24,275 nt of DNA from a virus. Its lineage: Duplodnaviria > Caudoviricetes. The position numbers and the translations under genes are program-made. Within the stretch, counting starts at the first letter, position 1; every line of letters begins with the position of its first letter. The stretch covers positions 1 to 24,275 of the IMG/VR virus record IMGVR_UViG_3300025751_000149; one strand, written 5' to 3'. The notes below the pieces were generated by a model. The model had not been told where the DNA came from and made no database searches. It worked only from the letters and a program-made list of their open reading frames with translations. Of the stretch, positions 1-13,100 are shown piece after piece.

Positions 1-2
1 AT

Positions 3-3089
<3,087 letters not shown>

Positions 3090-3096
3090 GTGAAAA

Positions 3097-3804
3097 ATGG
3101 CAGCGATTGATTTTCCAGAAAGCCCACAGGTAGGAGATACCTATACAAACGGTATTAACGTTTATCAGTGGGACGGAACAGCATGGCGTCTGGTTCGCAC
3201 TAGCGCTGTTGGACCCACCGGTCCAGCAGGTCCAGCAGGTGCTGATTCAAATGTCACTGGGCCTACAGGACCTACCGGCCCCTCTGTAACAGGACCTACT
3301 GGACCTGCTTCAACAGAGGTCGGACCAACCGGTCCTACAGGGCCTACTGGAACGTTTGCTATCTCTGCTTGGACTACGTACACACCTCAGTGGACTGCTG
3401 CTACAACTAACCCAACAGTTGGAGATGCCAGTGTTACCGCTCGATACGTTGCAATTGGTGCAACTGTTATCGGGGAAATTCGAATTACTGGTGGAAGCTC
3501 TGTTAACGGGTTTAACAGAGGTTCTGGTGCTTACAGTTTTTCGCTACCGACTGACGCTGTTGCTGCTACATATCAGCCAGTTGGTCAAGTGGTCATGCGT
3601 AACGAAGGACCGGGAAATCAGTTCTTCGGGACAGCGATTTTTACTAGCGTAACTAATGGAATTGCCAACACAATTCAGTGTTACATGCATAGCCAGACAG
3701 CAACAATTGACGAAGGTGTTGCAGCCACCGAGTCAACTCCGTTCCTTTTCGATGTGAACGACAAGATTCTGATTCAGTTCATCTACGAAGCAGATTTGAC
3801 GTAA
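3097..3804 (+). CDS. Short collagen-like fibre protein with MAAIDFP N-terminal module and tail-fibre-type C-terminal domain
   Basis: AGGTG SD upstream of the ATG. N-terminus MAAIDFPESPQVGD..YQWDGTAW, short GPT tract, then 'WTTYTPQWTAATTNPTVG..ARY..IG.TV...GSGAYSFSLP', a motif I associate with phage fibre/minor tail proteins. Confidence 0.88.
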   Translation: MAAIDFPESPQVGDTYTNGINVYQWDGTAWRLVRTSAVGPTGPAGPAGADSNVTGPTGPTGPSVTGPTGPASTEVGPTGPTGPTGTFAISAWTTYTPQWTAATTNPTVGDASVTARYVAIGATVIGEIRITGGSSVNGFNRGSGAYSFSLPTDAVAATYQPVGQVVMRNEGPGNQFFGTAIFTSVTNGIANTIQCYMHSQTATIDEGVAATESTPFLFDVNDKILIQFIYEADLT

Positions 3805-3813
3805 GGGTAGATA

Positions 3814-5697
3814 ATGGCAGCGATTGACTTTCCCGATAGTCCAAATGTAAACGACACGTTTACAGTTGGTCCGCAGACTTGGATTTGGACAGGCACTGCG
3901 TGGGACTTGACTGTAGCGCCAGTGATTGGACCTACTGGTCCCACCGGTCCGCAGGGTGCTGCTTCAAACGTAACTGGGCCCACTGGTCCGACAGGTGCTT
4001 TCACCATTTCGGAAGACACTCCTCCATCTAATCCAGATGAAGGAGATGCTTGGTTCAATTCCTCTACCGGTCAAATCTACGTTTATTACGACAGCTACTG
4101 GGTTGAGTCTGCTTCTAGCAATGTTGGCCCTGCTGGAGCAACTGGCCCGACTGGAGCAACTGGTCCACAGAACATCACCCCGGGACCTACAGGTTCAACC
4201 GGACCAACAGGTGCAACTGGTTCTCAAGGAAACACCGGACCTACTGGTCCCCAAGGTCTTTACGTAGAAGGACCTACTGGACCTCAGGGTCCAACAGGAC
4301 GACAGGGCCCGACCGGTGCTCAGGGAGAGCGTGGCGTTGAGGGACCAATTGGTCCTATCGGACCTACAGGTCCACTAGGCCCGACCGGAGCAGACGGCCT
4401 TCTTGGTGCTACTGGTTCCCCGGGGCCTACTGGTCCGACTGGTCCTCGTGGATTCCAAGGTGCAACAGGTGCTCAAGGACCGACTGGTGCAACTGGTGCT
4501 TCGGTAACTGGTGCAACAGGTTCAACTGGACCGACTGGTCCCTCGGGTGGCCCCACGGGAGCGACCGGCCCGACAGGACCAACTGGTGCGACGGGTGCTC
4601 AAGGCGAGCTTGGTCTTCGTGGAGCAACTGGCCCTACCGGTGCGACGGGTGCCGCTTCAACGGTTGCTGGACCTACAGGTCCGACAGGTGCATCTATTAC
4701 TGGACCCACGGGACCCACGGGTGCCATTGGAATCACCGGTCCTACAGGACCTTCGGTAACTGGTGCAACAGGCCCAACTGGCGCTGAGGGTCTCGGTTAT
4801 GGAGGCATTACCTCTACAACGAACATCATTATTGGTGCCGGTAATAAAACATTTACAGTCAACGACCCGGGTGCCTTTGCTATCGGTGGTCGTATTCGAT
4901 TTGCCGCTCTTTCCCAGCCGCAGGATTACATGGAAGGTGTTATTACTGGTGTTGCTGGCCTCAGCATCACATTTGTTTCTGATATCTACAACGGAACTGG
5001 TAACACTTACAACTCTTGGTTGGCAAGCATTGGTAGTGGCCCTACAGGACCAGCTGGCGCTACAGGACCCGTTGGACCATCAATCAACATTAAGGGAACA
5101 GTTGCCAACTTTGCGTCACTTCCCTCTTCAGGCAACGTTATTAACGATGGTTGGATTACCGAAGACACAGGAAGTCTCTATGTGTGGTCTGACCAGTCAA
5201 CGTGGGTTGATGCTGGACAAATTGTTGGAGCAACGGGGCCGACAGGAGCAACTGGTCCATCAATCACAGGACCAACCGGACCAACTGGCGCAGCTTCTAC
5301 AGAAGTTGGGCCCACCGGTCCGACCGGCCCATCCGTCACTGGTGCAACAGGCCCAGCCGGTCCTACTGGTCCCGCTTATTACGAGCTCGTTGGTAATCAG
5401 TATCTAGAGAACACGGTTCTTGACGAAGAAGATGGAGCCAGCATCGTCAAGATAAACAGCTCCGTGTCCACGACAGTGACTGTTCCAGCAGACGGGGCAA
5501 ACGGTTACACGTTCCCGACAGGAACTCAAATTGTTATTACCCAGCTTGGTGTCGGTCAGGTAACTATCCAAGGAGACACCGGAGTTGTTGTGTTGAGCGA
5601 GGGAGCCAGATACACAACCAAAGCTCGATACGCAATTGCTTCTCTCATCAAACTATCCAGCAACTCTTGGCTACTGAGCGGAAACTTGTCGGCGTAA
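3814..5697 (+). CDS. Collagen-like fibre protein with MAAIDFP N-terminal module, knob domains and a C-terminal beta-domain ending ..WLLSGNLSA
   Basis: AAGGG SD-like motif, long G-X-Y tract, both knob types, internal '[23 protein letters not shown]' module, C-terminal 'TVTVP....[19 protein letters not shown]...LIKL..NSW..SGNL'. Confidence 0.9.
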   Translation: MAAIDFPDSPNVNDTFTVGPQTWIWTGTAWDLTVAPVIGPTGPTGPQGAASNVTGPTGPTGAFTISEDTPPSNPDEGDAWFNSSTGQIYVYYDSYWVESASSNVGPAGATGPTGATGPQNITPGPTGSTGPTGATGSQGNTGPTGPQGLYVEGPTGPQGPTGRQGPTGAQGERGVEGPIGPIGPTGPLGPTGADGLLGATGSPGPTGPTGPRGFQGATGAQGPTGATGASVTGATGSTGPTGPSGGPTGATGPTGPTGATGAQGELGLRGATGPTGATGAASTVAGPTGPTGASITGPTGPTGAIGITGPTGPSVTGATGPTGAEGLGYGGITSTTNIIIGAGNKTFTVNDPGAFAIGGRIRFAALSQPQDYMEGVITGVAGLSITFVSDIYNGTGNTYNSWLASIGSGPTGPAGATGPVGPSINIKGTVANFASLPSSGNVINDGWITEDTGSLYVWSDQSTWVDAGQIVGATGPTGATGPSITGPTGPTGAASTEVGPTGPTGPSVTGATGPAGPTGPAYYELVGNQYLENTVLDEEDGASIVKINSSVSTTVTVPADGANGYTFPTGTQIVITQLGVGQVTIQGDTGVVVLSEGARYTTKARYAIASLIKLSSNSWLLSGNLSA

Positions 5698-5699
5698 TC

Positions 5700-6617
5700 A
5701 TGCTTATTTCAACCCATGCGATGCACGCAACCCTCCCCGTGCCCTTTGTGGCAGCGGGGTGGACTTTGGTTGCCGATTCGACTTTTGGGACGACAACTAT
5801 AAACACAATTACATCCAACAGTTTTGGTCAATACATTGTTGCCGGGAACTCAGGCAAAGTAGCCACTTCCACTGACAGCGGGTTTAGTTGGGTTGCTCGA
5901 ACATCGAACTTCAGTACGAGCAATATTTACTCTTCTGCGTACTACGACGGTCTTTACATGATTGGCGGAAGTTCTGGAAAAATTGCTACATCAACTGATG
6001 GAATTACGTGGACTTTAAGAGCTTCTGGTTTCGGAGCTAGCGCTGTTTTAGGAATAACTTATGCACCATCTGCTTCGCTTTGGATTGCTGTTGGAGGCTC
6101 CGGAAAACTAGCAACCTCGATTGATGGCATTGAGTGGGTACTGAGAACTTCTTCTTTTGGAACTTCTTTTATAAATGAGGTCTACGCAACCGAAACTTTT
6201 ATTATCGCTGTTGGCTACGACGGAAAACTTGCTACATCAACAAACGGTCTTGATTGGACGCAGAGAACTTCTTCGTTTGTTTATGACACCATCAACGATG
6301 TTGTAGCCAACGAAAGCAGGACTCAGTTTGTTGCTGTTGGTGACTCCGGAAAGATTGCTACATCATCTAACGGAACCTCGTGGACTCAGGTGTACCCACC
6401 TCCTTCTTTTGGTGCTTTTAGAATTACTTCGGTAGACGCAAACTCAGAAAGTTATGTTGCTGGCGGTACAGCCGGGAAGCTAGCAACTTCTCTTAGCGGA
6501 GTTGGGTGGACCCAGCGGCCTTCAAATTTCGGTCTCGACAACATCAATGCTGTTTTGCTGCAAGACAGTATCGGTATTGCTGTCGGGGGCTCCGGAAAGA
6601 TTGCGTATTCGGTATAG
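5700..6617 (+). CDS. 7-bladed beta-propeller with BNR/Asp-box (YCF48-like) repeats; putative receptor-binding protein
   Basis: Seven ~41-aa repeats 'A(V)G.SGK(L/I)ATS.(D/N)G..W..R.S.F'. The ATG at 5700, 2 nt after the upstream stop, is preferred over the TTG at 5667. Confidence 0.85.
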   Translation: MLISTHAMHATLPVPFVAAGWTLVADSTFGTTTINTITSNSFGQYIVAGNSGKVATSTDSGFSWVARTSNFSTSNIYSSAYYDGLYMIGGSSGKIATSTDGITWTLRASGFGASAVLGITYAPSASLWIAVGGSGKLATSIDGIEWVLRTSSFGTSFINEVYATETFIIAVGYDGKLATSTNGLDWTQRTSSFVYDTINDVVANESRTQFVAVGDSGKIATSSNGTSWTQVYPPPSFGAFRITSVDANSESYVAGGTAGKLATSLSGVGWTQRPSNFGLDNINAVLLQDSIGIAVGGSGKIAYSV

Positions 6618-6628
6618 GAGATATAAAG

Positions 6629-6796
6629 ATGTTTAAATATGTAATCATTCCAGATGGCCCACTTGTACAGATTATGTACGGTGACAACGTTATTGACGAG
6701 TGCGGTCCTTGGGAAAGTCTTGAAGCAGCAATCAATTGGGCAGAGGCTTATGTTGCGAGAAAAAATGCAGGAATCCCAGAACCAGTTATTCCATAA
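6629..6796 (+). CDS. Small hypothetical protein (55 aa), possible fibre accessory protein or chaperone
   Basis: Strong AGGAG SD (6616-6620) before the ATG at 6629: MFKYVIIPDGPLVQIMYGDNVIDECGPWESLEAAINWAEAYVARKNAGIPEPVIP. The 6506 start of the ORF track overlaps the previous gene and is unlikely. Confidence 0.8.
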   Translation: MFKYVIIPDGPLVQIMYGDNVIDECGPWESLEAAINWAEAYVARKNAGIPEPVIP

Positions 6797-6799
6797 AAG

Positions 6800-6805
6800 T
6801 ACAAT
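6800..6805 (+). promoter_or_regulatory. Putative -10 element (TACAAT) overlapping the AT-rich palindrome AATAATTATT (6803-6812)
   Basis: AT-rich intergenic gap upstream of a very strong SD (AAAGGAGG); no clear -35. Confidence 0.4.
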
Positions 6806-6836
6806 AATTATTTAGAGGATAGAAAGGAGGAGTACA

Positions 6837-7487
6837 GTGGCAGCAATTGATTTCCCAACCCCCACAGTTGTAGGTGAAGAGTTCACCGCTGGAAACAGCA
6901 CTTGGGTGTGGACAGGCACTGTTTGGGAGCTAAAGCGCACTGCTCCCACTGGTCCTCAGGGTCCACAAGGTATTCAAGGACCAACAGGTGCAACTGGTGC
7001 TAAGGGTGACACAGGTCCTCAAGGTATTCAAGGTGCTACAGGACCCGTTTCTGACGTTGCTGGTCCGCAGGGACCCACAGGTCCAACTGGTGTTCAAGGA
7101 CCCACTGGACCTCAAGGTATTCAGGGTGAACTTGGTACTCAGGGTCCAACAGGTCCCACAGGTGCTGACTCGAACGTAACCGGGCCTCAAGGTCCCACGG
7201 GTCCTCGTGGGCAAACTGGTCCTACCGGTTCGACTGGCCCTCAGTCTGAAGTTCCCGGTCCAACGGGTCCAACGGGTCCGGTAGGTAAGTTCATTGCTAG
7301 TCCGGTTCAGCCAGACATTGGATTGGCTACTGATGGAGATACTTGGTTCGATACCGGAACTGCCATTACATATGTTTTCTATAACGGTGTTTTCGTTAGA
7401 ACTCAGGGCGGGCAAACCGGACCGACTGGCCCCCGGGGCTTGCAGAGTACCTACGCAGTCTCGACTGCGTGGTGGTTAGGCGTATAA
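6837..7487 (+). CDS. Short collagen-like fibre protein with MAAIDFP N-terminal module
   Basis: GTG start after AAAGGAGG. N-terminus paralogous to the 3097 and 3814 genes, GPQ/GPT tract, one '[15 protein letters not shown]' knob, ends AWWLGV. Confidence 0.88.
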   Translation: MAAIDFPTPTVVGEEFTAGNSTWVWTGTVWELKRTAPTGPQGPQGIQGPTGATGAKGDTGPQGIQGATGPVSDVAGPQGPTGPTGVQGPTGPQGIQGELGTQGPTGPTGADSNVTGPQGPTGPRGQTGPTGSTGPQSEVPGPTGPTGPVGKFIASPVQPDIGLATDGDTWFDTGTAITYVFYNGVFVRTQGGQTGPTGPRGLQSTYAVSTAWWLGV

Positions 7488-7572
7488 TATGCTGATTTCT
7501 TCGATTTCTACGAAATCACACCGTACTTCCGGTGTTATCCTATTTGTTGGGCTGTCTTGGTGTGAAAGAGGT
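7453..7572 (+). promoter_or_regulatory. Structured regulatory region upstream of the 823-aa gene
   Basis: Palindrome ACGCAGTC-TC-GACTGCGT (7453-7470), TATAAT (7483-7488), hairpins GATTTC-TAC-GAAATC (7503-7517) and ACACCG-TACTTC-CGGTGT (7518-7535), extended -10-like TGTTATCCT (7533-7541), SD AAGAGGT (7566-7572). Confidence 0.45.
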
Positions 7573-7580
7573 AATGAATA

Positions 7581-10052
7581 ATGCCCGGTTTTCTTGGCGG
7601 TAGCAGCGGCACTGGTGGCGGCACTGGTGGCGAAATCTCATTCCCGAAAGAGTTCATCGACCCAGTAACTAAGCTGCGTGTATCCACACCAGCCAACCTT
7701 ATTGACACCGACTTTGAGTACGGTCTTCAGCCCACCAAGTGGGAGACACTAGAGCTAATTAACAACACCCCTTCGTTCTTCTCGAAGTCGGGTGACACGA
7801 CCATCCCCAACATCAGTGCAATTAACACGATTCAGGGTTCTCGTGAAGTTACCGTCACAACAAGTCTGGACCACGGGCTTTCCGTCGGTATTCCCATCAA
7901 CGTAAACGGTACAAAGTCCATCACTGCAGATGGCGCTTACATCATCAACTCGGTACCTACCGCCAGAACCTTCACATATCTAGCCAAGGAAAATCAGTTT
8001 TTTACAGCCGCCATCGAAGACCTCTATACCTCGATTGTGACTGGCGAGTTCTTCCAAGGCTCGCAGATTCGTATTGCTGATTCGCACGGTTTGGTGACTG
8101 ATGCAGCGACTCCCTCAACTCTGACTGTTACAACAGAGAGTCCTCATGGTTTTGGTATCAATACACCTTTCTACTTTCTGAATCTGAACTCCACTATTTC
8201 TCAGGAGTTTGATTCGACTAATACCGCCGCTAAAACTTTTGATTCCAGTAACAACTCAACAGCTCGTGTTTTTGATGCATCGAACACGGTGACATCAGCT
8301 AACTACGACTTTTCTAATAGAACTGCAAGCCTTCCGGCTAGCGTTGCGGGAAGTCCAATCGCAGGTGTCAGCGTCGAAAATAATACAATTACTGTTGGTC
8401 ATACAACAGAGACGTTTGAGAATCGAGCTATTGGCACTCCTCTTTACTACGACGTAGTTGCGTCTAGTGGCTACTTTGCCAACAAACCTCGTGGAGTTGT
8501 CTTCCTCAAGGGGACCGACTCTCTAGGGGCTTCCCTTTCCACATTTACGGTTAGTGAAATCCCCAACGGAGATGTAATCGACATTACGTCAGCAATGACT
8601 GGAACTTTCCAAGTTGCAGACTTGGTTGCGGAGTTTGCTGGTAATAACCAAGATTTCGACAGTCAAATCTCTTTAACCATTTCAAGAGGAACAGCTCACG
8701 AATTCGACGGAGACAACTCCGAGGGAGCTACCTACACGATAAACAGTATTAGTGGCCTTGGAAATATTGCCCTAAGCGGTGATAGCAACTGGTCTACCGG
8801 TCAGATGGTGTACTACAGCACAGACGGTGCGGCTGCTACAGGTCTCACAAACAACACCACATACTGGGTTACAGCAGGTAACCCATCAGCCAGTGTTATT
8901 AACATTACAGACACCCCCGACGGAGCAACCCTGACTGCCATTTCTGGCGGTACTGGAACCCAGACTCTGACCGCTACTTCTGTGTCTTTGGACAAAGATA
9001 TTTTGGCTGTTCCCGGTCACGATTTTGAAGAATCAGACATGGTTTTGTACTCGTACCCAGCCGGTGGAGCGATTACAACATCAGAAGCCGCTCAGAACTA
9101 TTACTACGTTCAGAATGTCTACCCAGACGGAACCCACATTCGTCTAACAACCACTAAAGGCTTTGTTCTCGATGGAACCACTGAAGCCCGTGCTGCTTCG
9201 AGTGGTCAACAGATTCTGAACGACAACCCGGCTGCAACTAGTGGCACTTACTGGATTAAGCCCCCCGGTGGAACAGTTGCATACCCGACTTATGTTGATA
9301 TGGACCTTGAAGGTGGTGGTTGGACGCAGATTATGAAGCTGTCCTACAACACACTGCTCAGTCCATACATCGGTCGCCCCGGTGGGGCAACCCATGCTGG
9401 TGCTGGCTACACCTACGGCCCAACTTGGGACGGCTGGGCGTGGAACCAAGACTCCGACTTCGACACCCTGTTTAACGACAGTTCGAATTCCGACTTCAGC
9501 GATGTTGACTCTTTCTCCAAGCTGTTTTACCAGCTCCCATTCAATGATGTGATGGTTGTGTCTATTGCCGACACAACTAAGCGTCTCGGATGGAGGCACA
9601 ACGCTCAGATTGCAAACATGAGAGCCGTTACTGGTGGGACCGACCTATCTACATACGGAGATGAGTGGTTGTTCCCGGCAGTGGCGCAGTTGGAGTACTC
9701 GTGGACCCGTCAGTTGGAGCTTTTCCCGAGTGCAAGGAACTACCAAGCTCAGACTCCAACAGTTTTTGGGTTCAAAGTTCTTTCCGACCGAGCAAATAAC
9801 TTCAGCTCTATCAACAGTTATATGACCGGTGGTTACGACCCAGTTACATCAAACAACGTAACCGGTCACGGTGCATCTATGATTGGTATGGGCGGTACTG
9901 GCGGCATTAGCGGGCGATTTGGTGGCGGTATCGGGTTTGCTTACACCTCCAACTATGCCTTCCGTGTTGGTGGTCACTTCTGGAATTCCAGCTTCAACAC
10001 AAACGTCACTAACTACCGACTTTTCACTGGTTTGGCAGTGTTCGTCAGGTAA
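7581..10052 (+). CDS. Large virion structural/adhesin protein: N-terminal 'DPVTKLRVS..LIDTDFEYGLQPTKWE' segment, His-Gly-type repeats and C-terminal fibrinogen-like domain
   Basis: 823-aa ORF with SD. Repeats are shared with the downstream giant ORF. 'DGTTEARAASSGQQI...SGTYWIKP...YVDMDLEGGGWT' from ~9170 matches the fibrinogen-like YCDxxxxGGGW signature. Confidence 0.85.
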   Translation: MPGFLGGSSGTGGGTGGEISFPKEFIDPVTKLRVSTPANLIDTDFEYGLQPTKWETLELINNTPSFFSKSGDTTIPNISAINTIQGSREVTVTTSLDHGLSVGIPINVNGTKSITADGAYIINSVPTARTFTYLAKENQFFTAAIEDLYTSIVTGEFFQGSQIRIADSHGLVTDAATPSTLTVTTESPHGFGINTPFYFLNLNSTISQEFDSTNTAAKTFDSSNNSTARVFDASNTVTSANYDFSNRTASLPASVAGSPIAGVSVENNTITVGHTTETFENRAIGTPLYYDVVASSGYFANKPRGVVFLKGTDSLGASLSTFTVSEIPNGDVIDITSAMTGTFQVADLVAEFAGNNQDFDSQISLTISRGTAHEFDGDNSEGATYTINSISGLGNIALSGDSNWSTGQMVYYSTDGAAATGLTNNTTYWVTAGNPSASVINITDTPDGATLTAISGGTGTQTLTATSVSLDKDILAVPGHDFEESDMVLYSYPAGGAITTSEAAQNYYYVQNVYPDGTHIRLTTTKGFVLDGTTEARAASSGQQILNDNPAATSGTYWIKPPGGTVAYPTYVDMDLEGGGWTQIMKLSYNTLLSPYIGRPGGATHAGAGYTYGPTWDGWAWNQDSDFDTLFNDSSNSDFSDVDSFSKLFYQLPFNDVMVVSIADTTKRLGWRHNAQIANMRAVTGGTDLSTYGDEWLFPAVAQLEYSWTRQLELFPSARNYQAQTPTVFGFKVLSDRANNFSSINSYMTGGYDPVTSNNVTGHGASMIGMGGTGGISGRFGGGIGFAYTSNYAFRVGGHFWNSSFNTNVTNYRLFTGLAVFVR

Positions 10053-10061
10053 CCCCAGTTG

Positions 10062-10090
10062 TATAATAAGAGAAGGTCTAAGAAGAGGAG
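10062..10090 (+). promoter_or_regulatory. Putative -10 element (TATAAT) and SD (GAGGAG) for the 2889-aa gene
   Basis: Perfect TATAAT at 10062-10067 and GAGGAG at 10085-10090 within a 48-nt gap. Confidence 0.55.
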
Positions 10091-10100
10091 CTGCTAGCAA

Positions 10101-13100
10101 ATGGCACTGCTAAACATCACCGCTGTGGGTGGAGCGGGAACGCACACTCTCCAGAAGACAAATGTCAATCTGGATGAAGATTTTGTGTACTTCCCCGGGC
10201 GTGACAGCGCTACTACGCTTTCCTCTCAAGTCACTGATGAGAGCGCTTGGGTCTTTCGTGAGGGGACGGGAGACCTAGTTGGTATCGACTCTGACAGTGT
10301 TTATTTTCTAAATGCTGACGATTTTAGCGTTGGGTTTTCCGCCACAGCAGGTGGTTCCAATATTGACATCACAAACTTTGCCGCAGGAACTGTAACTTTC
10401 AACTTCCCGAACGTTTACAACCAACAGTTCAACCTTTCTCAGGTCAAGTACGAAGACCAGCAAGCCGTCAAGTATGTAACAGACGGAGACGCAATTACTG
10501 GGCTTGTCTCTGGAAATGTTTACTACGTCAAAAATCTACTCACCGGTCTTGGCGGCTCTAGTACATACAACTTCACTACACACACCTTCACAACCGGCGG
10601 GGCAGAGGGTCGTTATGGCCCGACAATCAGCCAACTTCGCACAGAGTACGAGGGTGCGGGCGCTACTTGGGCCTCTCAGTACCTTTCTCAGGGGGACTAT
10701 CAGGGGTATCAGGACTGGGAAGTGCCAGTTGATGGCGTCTACGAGTTCCATGTAAAGGGCGCTTCTGGTCGGGTCGGTCGAGCCAACGCCGGTCTCGGCG
10801 CTGCTGTTAAGGGCCGAGTGCGCCTCAACCGTGGTGAAATTATTACGATTGCTGTTGGTCAGGTTGGTGAGCTTCCCCCCAACAACACCACATGGCCTGC
10901 TTCATCTGGTGGAACATTCGTAGTTCGCAAGGATGGCAATATTCCTCTGTTTGTTGCTGGTGGCGGTTCGTCTTCTTCTAATACAACTTCTGCTCGTAAC
11001 GCAAATGGAAATGGTCAGACAACCAACCAAGGTGGTCGTTCACAGCAGTACAACTCAGGTTTTGGTGTAGACGGTAACGGTGGTGCCGGTCGCTCGACTG
11101 GTGGTGCCGGTGGTGGCTTCTACGGAAACGGTGGAAACTCCGAGCGTGGTGGCGGTGGACAAGGCTTCCAGAGCGGTCTAATTGGTGGCTACCCTGCTGG
11201 TAGCTCCTCCGGCGGCGGTGGATTCGGTGGTGGAGCCGGTTCAGACGGTCAGACTTGGGGTGGCCCCGGTGCAGCCGGTGGTTACTCAGGTGGTGCAACT
11301 AACGCCCGTGTCGGTAGCTACTACTGCGGTGGCGGTGGCTCTTGGATTATCGCTACAGCTACAGATGTTGCGACTTCCACTGGAACATATAACGGTTCGT
11401 CTCAGCTTCTGGGTCGTGATATCACAACAATTGATTACAACGACTCTAACGCAGACGGTTCGGTTGAAGTAACTCTAGTTGAGTCTTCGGTGTATGGATT
11501 TGTTCTTCACCAGTCTCCCGAAGACGCTGCTCAAGACCTTAATGAGATTGAGGTTGAGCCAGCAGGAAGCTCTTACCACGCTCTTATCCCACTCACTGTG
11601 GATGTGGACTCCAACCAAGTTCATTTCACCAGCCCCCACGGGTTCTTTGCTGGTAAAGCCGTCAACTACTTCTACGAGGGAACACCAGTTTCCACTCTGA
11701 ATGAGTCTTCGGTCTACTACATCGACGTTGTGGATGACTATTCATTCCGTCTCAGCACAACTCCGGACCCCGACTACACAACTGTCAATCTGACTGCTGC
11801 TTCTTCAGCAACATCAGAAGGATTTAATGATGTCGTCGTTAACCTTGACACAAACAGCTTTACTGTTCCTAATCATGGGTTCTTGGCAAATCAGCCTGTT
11901 CGCTATCGAACAGATGAGCAGGACCCGATTGTCCCCCTGCAGGACAACGCTACTTACTATGTCAAGGAAGTAATTGACGCTAACCGATTCACTCTTAGCC
12001 AGTCCCTTGATGGACCAGTTCTTGACTTGACTGCCCTTGGTGAGGGTCGGGGCCACAGCTTCGTCTTTACCGTTGTAAACGAATTTGAAGACAGCATCTA
12101 CATCCCAAGCCACGGATTTGTTACCGGTCAAACAGTTCAGTACGCCAAATCTCGTGACTACGAGATTAAGCGTCTCTACTCAAGCGGTGTTTACAAGTAT
12201 GTAGATATCGACACAGACGGTGGGTTTGACGGCAACCAGTTCTTGCTGTTTGACAACGTTGAGCGTCCATCAGAGCGTGCTCTCTTCCCGCAGTTGGAAA
12301 TTACAAGTTTCCGTTCGTCCGGAACAACTCGCTACATCACAACAAGCGCCAATCACGGTCTCCAAAACCAAATGTTTGTTGAGGTCAGCGGTCTCCCAGC
12401 AACAAGTGTTGCTATTGACCGTCGTTGGAATGGGTTCTGGCGGGTTACTGGTATTCAGTCTGCTAACGAGTTCTCCTATACAGCAGAGGAAAGCTTTACA
12501 CAGAACGCTACGGATGGCCCTGAGGGCGCAGTCATGCAGCGTGACCTTGACTATGAGTACTTCCTTGGCGAGCGCCGAGTAAAGATTCGTGGAATTCAGT
12601 CCTCCGGTCGTAACCGCTACATCTACTGCGACCGTCCGCACTACCACGCCAATGGGTATCTCATCAAGATTGAGGGAATCCCGGATGAGAACTACGGTGG
12701 GTACTTCAACGGCGAGTGGTTCAAGTCTGCTGATTGGAACCCCGGGGCTCTGGGCGATATAAGCAGCGAGTACGGTTTTTACTGGACAGCTGGCTCATCT
12801 CCCATTGGCGAAGATGAGAACATCACGTTCCCCTACTTCCAGCTTCCCACTGATGTATATGCCACGGTGGTGGGCTTTGGTCGAATTGACAACATCGAGA
12901 CTGGCATTAATGGTGCCCGCACCCGCTTGCGTTACCGCAATGACTTCGCAAGCCTCACCCAAGCCGAAGAGCTTGATGTCAGCGGATTTGTGTCAAAGCG
13001 TGGTGGCTATGTAGAAAGCCGTCGTCTTGACCGCAGAACTCGTATTTACTTCAATCTTGACTACAACCACGACCGTATAGTTGGCGACCGCATCACGGTC

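Noticed and set aside
6616-6631. AGGAGATATA resembling the T7 g10/pET leader (vector contamination)
   Set aside because: Only a 10-nt match; it overlaps the native stop codon and has no other vector sequence around it.
9261-9266. C6 homopolymer as a phase-variation tract
   Set aside because: Too short, and it simply encodes Pro-Pro in an intact frame.
9162-10049. Diversity-generating retroelement target
   Set aside because: No reverse transcriptase and no adenine-variant template/variable repeat pair were seen in this window; one elsewhere in the genome cannot be excluded.
10050-10100. Stop-codon readthrough or sequencing error fusing the two in-frame giant ORFs
   Set aside because: There are two different in-frame stops (TAA 10050, TAG 10095) plus a dedicated -10 and SD, and other genes here end in both TAA and TAG, so recoding is not indicated.
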